From Octopus bimaculoides (Eukaryota), in assembly GCF_001194135.2 (NCBI RefSeq), contig NC_068985.1, positions 121,817,096 through 121,881,095 of the forward strand: a stretch of 64,000 bases of DNA, in the 5' to 3' direction. Every line of letters begins with the position of its first letter. Position 1 is the stretch's first letter. Positions 12,066-25,789 of the stretch are shown here, piece after piece. Both the position numbers and the translations under genes were made by a program. Below the pieces are notes generated by a model. That model ran no database searches. It was not told where the DNA came from and was given only the letters and a program-made list of their open reading frames with translations.

Positions 12066-13860
12066 ACACTGCATGCTATACAAGCTTGTCTGATAACTGA
12101 GTTATCATGACACTTATAGTACCTCACATTTTAGTCCTATGTATATTAGATTATATATAAGTGTGTGTGTGTGTGTGTGTATTTACTTACCTCCTAACAC
12201 TTGCATACCAAAGCTTACATATAGAGGTATATGTTTTGTCCAGTGAGCAGAAATTTTTTCCTCAAATGACAAATATTTTCATATTTCATCATAAAAATCT
12301 TGTTTTATGCCACAATGTTTAACTGCAATGTGAAGTGAATAGCTAGAATGAATTGATAGTTATTACAAGGAATGCGTGCCAAGTTAAATCCAGAGACCAA
12401 ATCTTCAGTTGTGTTTTAGTATTAATAATGTATGTGTTAGAGTGTAGAGATAGTTGTGCAGTTAAGAAATTCACTTCCTAACCTGTGGTTTTTGGGTTCA
12501 ATATCACTACACTGCATCTTGAGTAAATGTTTTCTACTTATAGCCCTGGGTCAACCAAAGCCTTGTGAGTGATTTTGGGAAATGCCATTAGTAAAAGGTC
12601 AATTGTGTGTGTGTGTGTGTGCATACATAATTTAAAGGCATAAATACTGGAGGTCAGTTTAATGAACCATACCCCACACCTATCATTCACCTTTGAAAAA
12701 TACTCTAGCTGTTATTTTATCATTTAAAACCTCTCCACACATTGAAAGTTTTATGTTACCCTTTAACTCCCAGGTTAGGTCAGATTGAGCAGACCTGTGA
12801 TTAAATGATCAACAATATTCCAGCCTGACCCTCCTATCTTTTTGGATACTCATAATTTTTTTAAGGTGGTAGAGTAGGATTTGAGGAGATTTGGCTGCTG
12901 TTTCTAGTAGGTCTAAAGACCATGTAAAAATCTGAAACTATCTGCCAATAAACTCCCTAAGAATCCACATAAAAAGACAAAGAAAACAAAAAATGTTTTA
13001 AGCTTTAAAACTAAAACAGCAATTAGTGTTACTTATGAATTTATAAAATTAAAATTTCATTATTTTTCTCAGTACACACATGGTTCTACAGGTTCTTATG
13101 CACTTATAATTCACTCCAGGTCCCCCCCCCCCCAATGTAGAGTCCCCTTCATTGGTAAGGGGGAAAGATTTGTGAAAATACTGGCTATGTTGAAGGAGTG
13201 GTTAAAAAAGCACACGGGGAGTAGAAGTCTATGTGTACCCATCTAAATTACACTGAGATTGACACAGAAATAAAGAATTACATGATGGGAATAAAACTGA
13301 GAGAGTCTGTGGTGTTTACACATCATCCAGGGGTTAAATTCATACCATGGGGTAAAGAATTTATAGTTGTGGAATAGATATATCATATGTAATTATATGT
13401 TGTTAATGCACTCTTCAAAGTTTGTTAAAATATATTTAAAACATCACATGTCTTTTTATTGAGTGGTGTCATGCATATATTATGTAACATAAAGTAATGG
13501 CAGAGCAGAGCTTATGAGCGTGTGCCGAATTGTGTGAAGCTTGTTATATATACTATTATTTAGAGTATATTTTATCATGGAAGTAAGGGGATAAATGGTG
13601 AAATACATCAAGCTGAGTGGGTTCATGACAGATAGAGGAAAGGTTGAGAGTCACTGATTTAGGCTAAATCTGTGGATAGTGATGTTGTTGATGGTAGTGG
13701 CAGGATGGTGCTGATGAGTGATGATGGTGATGATAGTGATGGTGTGATAGTGGTGGTTATAGTGATGGCTGTGGTGATGGTGGTGGTGGTGTTGATGGTA
13801 GTGTTGGTGACGAGTGACGTGAGTGGTAACAGTACTTACAGAAGTAGTGACTGTTGTGAT

Positions 13861-16233
13861 CAGGAATTGTGAATAATTGATTGGAACCTTTCCAATCAAT
13901 TATTTTCTTTGCAATCAATTAATTTTAATTGGGATACAGACCAATTAATTATTGCAATTAATTGGGATTAATTGTCAATTATTTTGCCGAACGTAAAAAC
14001 ACCATATATTTTGGAGTGTTAGCTTCAATTTAGATAAGTGCCAAAATGATAGGAAAATAAAAGGCACATCTTATAGTTTCAAAAAACTTTATCAGAATAT
14101 ATTTAAAGTTCAGTTTTACTGATTTAGAATTGGGAACACACATTTATACTCTACATTGTACAGAAGTTGAAAAACAAGTAAATTGAAAGTATTTAATTGG
14201 AAGACTTTTGCAAACAAGTAGCATAATTAAAATATTCTAATATAGCAAAAGATCATGAACAATTGGAGATTTCTGAAACTAGTTCTTCATCCCAGAAAGC
14301 GCGATTGACTTTTAGAAATAATTGTGTTTCTAAATTCATTGGTGTTAAGTATTGCCGAAAATCATTAACAGCATTACCTGCTGAGCTGAAGAAACATTTC
14401 AAGATGTTGGATGTTGGTAACAAAAATCTACGGTTCAGATATTGCTGAGGTGAAATTTTATCTTTGTGTTTTTTCAAACAAATTGAAGCAAAATCATCAT
14501 TTTCTACAGGTAAATCAGATTGTTGTGACGTGTCTGTCACCACTTTCAGCTGATGTAGAGGAGCTACTTCATTCACAGTTAGCTCTATTTCTGCATGTTG
14601 TAAAATTTTCACAACTCCACTTTCAAAATTTGGGCTGTGCACAATGGTTGCCGATGGAAGCAAATATTCTTTAAACTCGTAAGGATACAATGTGAGAATT
14701 TCGTCAAAAAGAATTCGAGCATCTCCCAAATCTATTTCTGTTCTTTGCAAGGCAACTTTTACTGAGGGTAACTTTATTAACTTGTCTTTTAGAGTCTGCT
14801 GATCATTATGATTGCATGGAGTCAACAGATAATCAACCAGCTTTGGATAGTCTTGAAAAGAGTCTAAAAACAGCTTGAGTTGGATGTACCTCTCACTCAT
14901 GTCATAAGCACTGGACCAATGGGTTTTATTTCTTTGTATAGGTTGCAAAAGCGTTTTTTTCCCAAAGTTTACCCGCAAGTTTTAATGATTTTAGCTTACT
15001 CATCAACATATTAATTTTATCAAGCAGAACTTCCTGCTTGTCGAGATAAGCAGAAACAGCTAGATTGAATTTATGAGTGGCACATCCAATCAATGTTATT
15101 CTACACAAATTCCTTATAGTTTTGTTCACTCCAGTATTATCTCCGGTAATAGCTACAACATTTTCTAAATTTTTTATAGACATTTAACACATACTCTATA
15201 AATTCGACATAACCAGAATCAATGGATGATACCAGCAAAAAAAATGCCAGCAAAACAGTACAATAGACATTTTGATAATTGTACAAATAATATTCAAGAA
15301 GTCCAATGAAATGTGTCGAACCCTTAGTCCAACTGTCAATTACCAACAAAAATTTACTTGGAAGTTCATCAGATATTTTCTTTTCCACTTCTTGAGTAAG
15401 TTTCTCCATGTATTTCTTTAAGGTCATATTTGTTATACTTCCCAAGTTTGTGTACTTATGAGTCAGTAGGTCTTCAGTAAAGAAGCTGGTTTTAAACCAA
15501 CACACCCACTCAATCCAACCATAAACATTTAAGGCCGAGCAACCGACCAAACTACTTCTTGGTGAAAGAAAACTTGATAAAGAGGGTTGTCCAGTTGCTT
15601 GTGTAGTAGAATACTCTGAATGCTGGTTTTTTTTTATATGATTCATAAGATTTGTCCATCCAGTTCCTTTTTTCTGGGTCAATTTTTTTCCACACTTGCA
15701 TTTCCATACGTGTTCACTGTCTGTCTGTTTGGTTAAAATATTTTCGCATAATTTGCTTTGTTTTCATGCAGCATGGATTATCGCCACAGTTTAAAATAGA
15801 AGATATTTCACCACTCCACTGATGAAAGTCTGATTGAGTTAATATGTTGGAGTGGAATTCAAGACACAACTGAGTTGCAGGCAAAGTTATGATTTAATGG
15901 TTTGAACACAGAATGTGTGAATCATTCTTGGCAATCAGAATCAAGAATCACTCAAAAGCGATTATTTGACAACATACACAATAGTCAATTCCTAAGCATG
16001 ACAGAATGTATGAATCATTCTCAGCAGTCAGAAAAAGCGTCAACACAATAATAGAACGCTATATTTGCCAATTGAATGTCAAATGAAGTATGAGCCATTT
16101 GAAAAACTTTCACTGACAATATTGCAATTAACTGCAATTAATTGATATGATAGCAATCAATTATTTAATTGGCAGTACAACTCCAATCAATTAATTGGAC
16201 CAATATATTGCAATTAATTTTTTACAACCCCTG
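13861..16233 (-). mobile_element. hAT-superfamily DNA transposon with a frameshifted, inactive transposase
   Basis: Ends caggaattgtg... and ...acaacccctg (imperfect TIR starting CAGG). 8-bp TSD gttgtgat (13853-13860) / gttatgat (16234-16241). Subterminal caat(t/c)aattg arrays at both ends. Three overlapping minus ORFs (15682-15137, 15183-14926, 14978-14253) carry a BED-like finger (WKCKCGKK...GTGWTNLMNH), VIDSWT, TGDN, CATH, THWSS and a dimerisation-like LFLKVNRAFW end. Confidence 0.9.
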
Positions 16234-16761
16234 GTTATGATGGTGACTCATTACAGAGGTGTTTGTTGGATATGATGCTTGGTAGTTCTTATTAATATTT
16301 AGCTTTAAGTCAGAACAGCATATTAGTGAACTGTTAGAATGGCTAACACAATGCCTAATTGTATTTAGTTATGGCCCTTTACGTTCTGTGTTCAGATCCT
16401 GCTGAGGTCAATTTGGCTGTTTCATTTTTCAGGAGTTGATAAAATAAGCACCAGACAAGTTCCCCAAAAAATGATCAAAGATCCTTCCTGAGCCATAGGC
16501 TCATAAGGCCAATTTTCCTGATTCTGTGGCACATATATTCCCCATTTGACAGGACACCAGTCTGTCATCAGATTACTTATTTTTGCCAGCTGGGTGGCTT
16601 GAGCAACATGAAATCAAGTGTTTTGCTTCAGAACACAATGCATCACCCAGTCCAGGAATGGAAACCACAATCTTATGATCATGAGTGCAACACTCTAACC
16701 ACATACCACATGCCTCCACATACCTGACAAGTACTGGGGTCAATATAACTGATTGTTCTTA

Positions 16762-16975
16762 AGGCAGCGAGCTGGCAGAAACATTAGCACAACAGGTGAA
16801 ATGCTTAGCGGTATTGTGTCTGTCTTTACATTCTGAGTTCAAATTCTGCTGAGGTCAACTTTGCCTTTCGTCCTTTCAGGGTCGATAAATTAAGTACCAG
16901 TTGCATACTGGGGTCAATCTAATTGAGTGACCCCCTCCCTTAAATTTTTGGGTGTTGTGCCTAAAGTAGAAAAGA
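16762..16975 (+). mobile_element. tRNA-derived SINE (family B)
   Basis: Colinear with 3188-3425 (ggcagcgagctggcagaaacattagcac...gagttcaaattctgctgaggtcaactttgcc). Confidence 0.75.
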
Positions 16976-17522
16976 ATATAATTGATTGTTCTTTGCCACT
17001 GCCCCAATTTCTAATCATTTACGTATGTAAGAAATTATTATTTAATCTCATGTCAACCTGACACAGTAAACCTATGATTACAGGCATTCCAGTTGTGGCC
17101 ATCCTATATTTTCTTCAGGTATAGTGTATCTTAATCTATGTTGTCCAGTATGCTGTTTCCTTAAGATAGCAGGATGTGGTTTGAGGGAGATTTGGTTGCA
17201 AGTCGAACAACATCAAAGAGTCTCCTCTTTCCCTGTTGGTTAAGGCTCTCACTGCAATGCTCAATAGTTAATGAGTTGTGATGATGATGATGATGGCAGT
17301 AGCAAAGATTATTGTTGCTGTTGTTGTTGTTTTAATTTATTCACCACATCAGCATTGACTGAGCAGACCTATGATTAAAGGTGTTCCAGTCATGATCATC
17401 TCATCCTGTTTTTGAATATAGTGTATTTAGGACATTTCCAATGTGTGTGAGTGTATGCTTGTCTGTGTGTTCTTTTCTTTTTTTAAAGCACAGTGTATGT
17501 AAGACTACTTCATTCTGTCTTC

Positions 17523-17555
<33 letters not shown>

Positions 17556-18194
17556 GTATAATCTGTTAAGTGGTTGGCAACAAACAGAGATAACCTAGAA
17601 TAGAGATAAGTTTTTAGCCTTGTTAGGGACAAGGCAACTATTTTAGTGTTGGTGCCATGATAAAATACATTATATTAGCTCTGTAATAGAATAGTTAGAA
17701 CTCTCGTAGAAAGAGTATCCTATCACCAACACATGTCAGAAATAGAAAATATGAGTATTTTGCATGATTATGAGTTCATACTCATAATCATGCAAAATAC
17801 TGGCACATCACAACTGAAATATTGTATTTGTTGATATATTAAAGCATAAAATACAAACAGTGTTTTTAACATTCCTCATTCTGTGTGTGTGTGTGTGTGT
17901 CTTGCTTCATGCTTCAGTCATTAGACTGTGAACATGTTGGGGGCACTGCCTTGAAGAATTTTAGTCAAACAAATAAACTCCAGTACTTATATATATATAT
18001 ATATATTTTTCAAGCCTGGTATTTATTCTCTTGGCCTTTTTTGCTGAACAGGTTGTCAAGTGGTGGTGTGGAACAAACAGACATAAAGACACGCACACAC
18101 ACATATATATGTATGTATGTGTGGTACCTTGCCATACTCAAGAAGGCCCGTACTCCACAACAGAAGTGTTATGATTGATCCTTTGGGTGGTATA

Positions 18195-18440
18195 AAATAC
18201 TTGTGGAAGTGCCACGTAAAAGTGCCCATGCAGTGCCATGTTAAAGCACCCATGTGGTGCCACATAAAAGCACATAGCACACTCTGTAAAGCGGTTGGCA
18301 TTAGGAAGGACATCCAGCCGTAGAAACCATGTCAAATCAGACTGGAACCTGGTGCAGCTCCCCAGCTTGTCAGCTCTGGTCAAACCGTCCAACCCATTCC
18401 AGCATGGACAACGGACATTAAATGAGGATGATGATGATAT
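18195..18440 (+). mobile_element. 5'-truncated RTE 3'-UTR tail copy ending in (GAT)n
   Basis: Matches 1260-1480 (gtaaagcggttggcattaggaaggacatccagccgtagaaacc...gcatggacaacggacattaaatgaggatgatgatgat). Confidence 0.75.
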
Positions 18441-18487
18441 ATATATATATATTTATTTATATATATACATATATATGAGTATATGCA

Positions 18488-18547
<60 letters not shown>

Positions 18548-21500
18548 CACACACACACACAACAGGCTTTTTTCAGTTTCTGTCTACTAAATCCACCAAA
18601 GGCTTTGGTTGACCTGAGGCTGTAGTAGAAGACACTTGCATCCAAGGTGCCACACAGTGAGATTGAACCGCATGTGTGTGTGTGTGTGTACATTTATTCA
18701 GATATCAATAATTCTGCAATATTCTCCTCAAGCTATAATTCTTCCTGTACAATAATGTTGTCCAGATGTAAATAATCTATAAAGATTGTCTAAGTCTTGA
18801 ATTTTGTTGTTTTCTATGCCTTAAGAGCATAATATTTAAAACAATGAGAATCGTTAACAACAGGAATTGTAGGGTTAAGAGGTGTCATCCTAGATACCCA
18901 TGTAATTCAGAGAAGAATTTTTCAAGCATACTTTCTCCAAAATATGGAATGAGTTTGGGTAAAAATGTGCAATATCAGTTGACTACTACTTTTAATTGAA
19001 AAAAGGCAAAAAGTATTAAAAGATATATCAAACGTTACATTTCTGCATGTTATATTTGATGTTACATTAACAGATGTAAAGATTGTACTAAAAAAAAAAT
19101 GGAAAAGAAAGCAACATCATTCTTCAGAATCAAAACTATGTTTTCATATCTAGAACATGGCAGCATGATCTAAATTATAAGATAAGAAAATAAGCTCAAT
19201 TCATAAAAGGATGGAGAAATAAAAGTACTTTTGCACCACCATCACCACTACCACAGCTTCTATTATTTATTTATCTCCCCCTCATCAAATTACCTTTCTT
19301 TCAATTCTTTTATAACTGGAATGAGCTATGGCTTAAGAACATTATTTTTGTGTTTTGATGGCATCATTTCAACACCACAATGATTGTATACAACAGATTT
19401 TTTAAAGAAAATCTTTGTATTGTATTCAAGTTACTACAGAGCCTGATAAGTAATGATAAAGATGATATCCTTTCATGGCTTCTTAGTCAGGGTCACTGGA
19501 TGTTGTTTGTTTATCTCTAGGTCAAGTCAACCCTGATAGTACAGCAGATCTATGTTCAAAAATACTTCAGTAATACCATCCTATCTTTCTACTGGTATAT
19601 GGGACTTTATTACCCAATGTATCCACTCTTTCTTTAAGACATGGTGTGCTTTGAGAGAGACTTGGTTGTTATTCCTAGCTAGTGAGCAACTTATATAGTA
19701 CCTTGTGTTATCTCCTTGACTGTTCAGTCTGATGATAATGTAGCTAACATCTAATATTTTCCCTAATTGCAATATTTAATATTACTGAATTTAGTTCTAA
19801 TGTTGAAAACATTTGAAAGTAAATTTAATCTATCTTTCTTTTTCATTATCGACAAAATTAGGGTTTTTATCTTCTTGTCTTCAAACTTGGGTTGTCCGAC
19901 AGGCTGTAACGCAGTACAAAAGTGTGTGTCTCCTACTATACCCCTGGTGTAATAGGAGATACAAATGTCTTTTATTATAACCCTTGGTTTATAATAGAAG
20001 ATATTTGCTCGTGCTGCCATGCAGTGTGACTGAACCTGAAATCAACTGATTGAGAAGTGAGTTAGTTAACCACGATGCAGGAATATTTTTTGCATATTTC
20101 ATTTTTATCTAAAAAAATATTTAAAAAACAAAGTCAGCAGTAGGTGTCTATCAAAAATATAAGAAGAATTATTAAGTCTTGCAAGTTATCTGGTAACCTC
20201 ATTAATGTTGGCGGCATGCACGCACGCACACACACACACACACACACACACAAGGACCTGTACACTTTGCAAAGTGATTAGCATTAGGAAGAGCGTCTTG
20301 TCATAGAAACAATGCCAACGATGACATCAGTGTTCAACACAGACTTGCAGCTCACTGCTTCCCTGTCAAACCATCAAACTCATACCAGCATGGAAGCACA
20401 TATTAAATGATGATGATGAATTAAGGCTTGATTAAGAAGCCTTTCTTATACAGGCACAAGGCCTGAAATTTTGAGGGAGGAATAGTTGATTGTATCAAAT
20501 TCCTCCCTCCATGCCCCAGTACTTGATTGGTACTTATTTTTATTGAACCTCAAAGGATGAAAAGCAAAGCTGACCTTGGCAGTTTTTGAACACAAAATAT
20601 AAGCTGGAATATATGCCACTAAACATTTTGCCTGGCTTGCTAACAATTGTGCCAAGTAGGCTTCATTAAAAATAACAATTGTTTGGAATATTCTGTAGAG
20701 GTCTTAAGTTTCAGACTGAATGTCATTTGTGGTCATCAGCATTATAATTAACAACATGCAAATCTTTTTTTAAGGTATTGGTTAAAAATGCTTCCAAGGT
20801 TTCAGAAGATTCTCACTGACATTTTAAAAATATGTTTACAAATTATCAGTTGAATTCCAAGGTTACTATGTTTGAACACACCATGACTTTTGATTTATAA
20901 GGAGTTAGATGAGTTGGGAAGAGATTTATGAAATTTTTTTGTTGCTTAGATCATTATTTATAGTGTTCCAAGTTTATTTCATATGTTTAATTCCTGTTTA
21001 AATTCTAAAAATTTTTCTTCAGTTACTTATTTTCGTGATTGTGTTAAATATTTTATTATAACATTTGAATGTAAAGAATGTCAAACAAGGACTTTCTTAA
21101 CGTTCACATCTTGAGTAGATTCAAATCTATTTATAGCAGATATAATAACTAACCATTCTCTCATCTATGTCTGTCAGTTAAAGTATTTCCAGCTACAGTT
21201 TATTCTTCTGCTGCAAGTTCACTGACACAAATGTCAAAGAATTTATCGTGTGCTTTGTTTCTGTGAAGTTAATTTAAGACATTATCAAAGTTATCCTGTA
21301 ATATAAATTTAAGAAATGCATTTAGATTAGTTTTATGTGATGACGTTCTATGAAATTTTGATTGTCCAGAGTTTTGGATTTCTTTGCTCAATGCAAACTT
21401 GTTGAACTGCCTTATATTTATCACTACTGTACTTGAATTTTCTTGAGTTGCTTTCATATAGCTCAGGATCAGCTGTGATCAAGCAGATTTATGATCAAAA

Positions 21501-22585
21501 GCATTCCACCCATGAATATCTTGTCTTTTACTCAGACATGATATACTTAAGACTCAACATCCAATTTATACTTTTCATGTATTGTAGGATGTAATTTGAG
21601 ACGTATTTGGTTGTTATTTTTAGCAAAGGAAGTAAATTAGCAAAGCCATTAGCTCTTTGGGTAGAATGTCTTGCAATATTTTTTGGGGGTTTTCTGCATA
21701 CTGTCCAAATCCAGTTCAAATCAATATTACTTTCTATTCTTTTAGGGTCAGTAAAAAAGTACCAATACTTGGTAATAAATTGGTGAAACTGTTAGAGCAT
21801 CAGATTAGATGCCTCACAGTAGCTGTTCTAGCCATTTGTATTCTGATAGAAATACATACAATGTATTTGGCATTAGAAAGGGCATATAGCTATAGAAACC
21901 ATGCCATAGAAAACCTATAGAGTCTTCTGGTTTGCAGTTCCTATCAAACTGTCCAACCCCTACCAACACGGAAAATGGACATTAAATGATAACGATGTTG
22001 AGACACTAGTGTCAAGCTGTATCAGTCTTAATCCTTAAGCATTTGAACCATCTCTGGTTCAAATAGTCTAACTGTTTTATGTTCAAACTGTTCAGATCCA
22101 GCCTCTCACACCTACCCTACAATGTCATTCTAAAACTAAACAATCTCATCATCAAAGTTTTGAAGCTGCAAGATAATGGTTGATTAATTAAAAGCAATGT
22201 GAATAAATAAGCACTACATTTAGCAGAGTAATGTGACTGCTAAAGGGTTAAAGTGTCAGCCTTTTCTTTGGACATCATCAGTATCGTGGAGAAGAGAAAC
22301 TCGTGTGCATGGCTAACAGCCAGTGTGCTACACAAAAACTTTGCCTAGGTTTCCATGTACAGGTGTAGATGCATAGTTAATCCTGATTAACAGAGGCCTT
22401 AATTTTGATGATATAAAGCAGAGATTTCTAAATTGTGCCATGACACATTACTTGTGTCACTGGAATCAAATCAAATCTCATCAGTTTTTGTGAATATTTA
22501 ATATCAGACAACTCTGAATGCACTTAGTAACATGACTGTTGATAAGTGGTATTGATATTTAATTGTTTTATTGTTGAAACACATA

Positions 22586-23453
22586 CGAGGTCTGATCAAT
22601 AAGTATCCGGACTGTTGCCATAGTAATGAAGCTAAATCATGCAGAGTGAAGCTGCTAGGCAAAGATTGACCTTGAAATCTGCTGTGCATGCACACTAAAT
22701 TTAACTGTCCAGCTCACTTCTGCTGTTTACAGTAGTGCTTGGAAGGAAGGTGTATAGTGTGTGATCGTCACATTGACCATGACAGAGAAAGTTGTCATGG
22801 CGATACCTGCTCAGAGGCCTGTGCTAAGTTGCAGAAAGTGTATGGAGAGGAGTGTATGAGCTGCACACAAGTGCATGAGTGGTTCAGATGTTTCCAAGAT
22901 GGCTGAAAAAATGTCAGTACTGATGAACGTTCTGGGAGACCAGCAGAACTGAGAAAAACATTGCAGATATTCAAGAAGCTGTGAGAGGAAATTGTCGAAA
23001 TCACCATCTGTGAGTTATCAGAGGATGTGTAGATTAGTTACAGTTCAATTCAGTCCATTATCACTGAAGATTTGGGTATGAGACGTGTCTCTGCCAAGTT
23101 TGTGCCAAAACTACTTTCAGCTGACCAAAAAGACATTCGGGTTTCAGTTGCACAAGATCTCCTTGATTGTATCGAGAACAATGAAAACTTTTTGAAAACT
23201 TTGCATAAACCTCTGAGCAGGTATTTGATGCAGATTCTCTGCTCAGCTTTCTCTGTCATGGTCAATGTGACAATCACATGCTACACACCTTCCTTCCAAG
23301 CACTGCTGTAAACAGCGGAAGTGAGGTAGAATATTAAAACTTAGTGCACATGCACAGCAGATTTCAAGGTCAATCTGTGCCAAACAGCTTCACTCTTTGT
23401 GCTTCAGCTTTGTTACTATGACAACATTCTGGATACTTATTGATCAGACCATG
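22586..23453. mobile_element. Mariner-derived non-autonomous fold-back element (5' end duplicated in inverted orientation)
   Basis: TA-flanked ends cgaggtctgatcaataagtatcc / ggatacttattgatcagaccatg. The first ~210 bp recur inverted at about 23210-23453. The interior encodes mariner N-terminal motifs (QKVYGEEC, VHEWFR, DERSGRP, LGMRRVSAKFVPKLLSADQK). Confidence 0.9.
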
Positions 23454-25741
23454 TATGTTTAATTGTGGTAGATGCTGAACTGAATGTATCTTTATAGAAC
23501 ATTCCATCTAAAATTCAAGAATTTGTTCTCTTTACATCAAGCACATGTATCCCATTGAATTATTTATTTTAATGTACATTTTGGGCACAGGAATGGCTGT
23601 GTGGTTAAGTTTGCTTTGCAAACCATGTGGTTTAGAGTTTAGAGTTAATTTCTTTCACATGGCCCATGAGCATTGTTAGGTAGAAACTATGGAAGCCTCT
23701 CTTGTGTGTGTTTTTGTGTGTGCATGGTGCATGTGTGTACGTATGTGCTTATGTCTTTCTGTTTGTGTCTTGATACTGTCAGTATGCTTTAGCATAAAGC
23801 AATGGCCTCATTTATGTGGAAGAACCATTGTTTACACCTGCTGTAAAAACATGTCTATGTTGCTGAGGGTTCATTATGTAAAAGACCTGGGGATGTGATT
23901 TGTACCTTACTTCAATACAAGTAAGGAATAGTAACAGAAAGGGCATCTGGCTATAGAAAATGAATATTGCCCCAATAAAACTTGTCCAATCCATGCCAGC
24001 ATGGAAAATGTAGATGTAAAAATGAGGATGATGACAATGATGATGATTTATATTGTATATTTGACTTCACTAACAATATTCTCAGTTATATATGTTTGTT
24101 GGTGAGTTGGCAGAGATGTTAGGGAATTGGCTAGACTGCATTGTTGTATTTTTTCTGACTATCTGCACTCTGAGTTCAAATCCTACAAAAGTCAAATTTG
24201 CCTTTCATCCTTTCTGGGTCAATAATAATAAAAAAATTTAAAAAAATTAATAATCCATATTAGTGGATTAGCAGAACTGTTTGAGCAGCAGATAGGATGC
24301 CATGTAAGATCTGTTCCATTTCATTGTGTTCTAACAGTAACTTCTTCAAAGACACTGGTGCTAAATTCTTGTATTGGTTCTTGTCTTGTCTTTGTCTTTC
24401 TCTTGGACGATGTCAGTGGTGTGGAGAGGTTAGACTTGCATGTATAGGCAACTGCTGGTCTTTCATAAAATAGACTTTGCTCACTTAGTTAATCCTGACT
24501 GACTGAAGCCTTAGTTATGCTAGTTTTGTTACAATTTAAAAATAAAAACAAGGGGCAGAGGTGAACGGCAAAGTTTACTTTGGTGCAATCTGAACTCAGA
24601 ATCTAAAGACTCAGAATGAACAAATAATACAATGCATTTTCTCCAATACTCTAATGATTTTCTCATCCACTATCCTATCCTCATTTGTCCTATTTTTTAT
24701 GGATCAAACAGAGTTTATTTGAGACAGATTTTCTACAACCAGATGCCTTTCTTGTCATTTAACCTCACCTGTTTCCAAGCAAGGTAATATTTCCTCATTG
24801 CCAGACATGTTCTTGCAGAATACTGGAAATGAATGACACTGCTTGTATGATAGTGACACCTATTTACAACTATCATGCAATGTCAAGACAAAGAGAGAGA
24901 GAGACAGACAGACAGACACACATACACAATGGGCTCCTTTCAATTTCTGTCTACCAAATCTACTCACAAGGCATTAGTCAGTCTGGGATTATAGTAGAAG
25001 ACACTTGTTTAAGGTAACATGCAGTGGGACTGAACCTGAGACCATGTTGTTGGGAAGGAAATTTCTTGCCATACAGTCACACCAGTGTCTTTGTATATAA
25101 TAACTTTAGTATATTTTTGATGTGAAGAACATTCCGTAAACTATTCCAATAACAATCTTCTGCTAAATGTTAATTTCAGTCTCAAGGATTAAGAATTCCT
25201 ATATTTGATCAATAATCAGTGATAAATCTGGTCTAACTCTGGAACTTATAATGCTTCTTTGCACAAAGCTGCACACACCACTTCCTTATTTAGAATCACT
25301 GCATAATCTAAATTCAGAACAGGAGTAATACTGTAACATACAGTGAGGAATTCTTGTATTTTGTGTGTTTCAGTTATCTCTATACAGTTTAATACAAATA
25401 TATTTTGACTAATTTCATTTAACAAATTAATTTTATTTGCTAGTAGGTTTCCTTCACATTGTGTGATAGTCATAAACGAGTATCATTGCCATACAAGCCT
25501 TGTCATTCATTTCCAACATATCTGGTGATGGGGGAAATATTATCTTGCCAGACATGGCATATAGGCTCAGGCATGGGCTGTGTGGTTCAGACGTTTACTA
25601 CGGAACCACTTGCCCAAAGTACTGTGCACTGGGTTCATTCTCCATTGCACAGGTCCTTGAGCAAGTGTCTTCCATTATAGCTCTGAGCAACCAATGTCTT
25701 GTGAATGAATTTTAATTAATGGAAATCATTGGAAGCCCATC

Positions 25742-25789
<48 letters not shown>

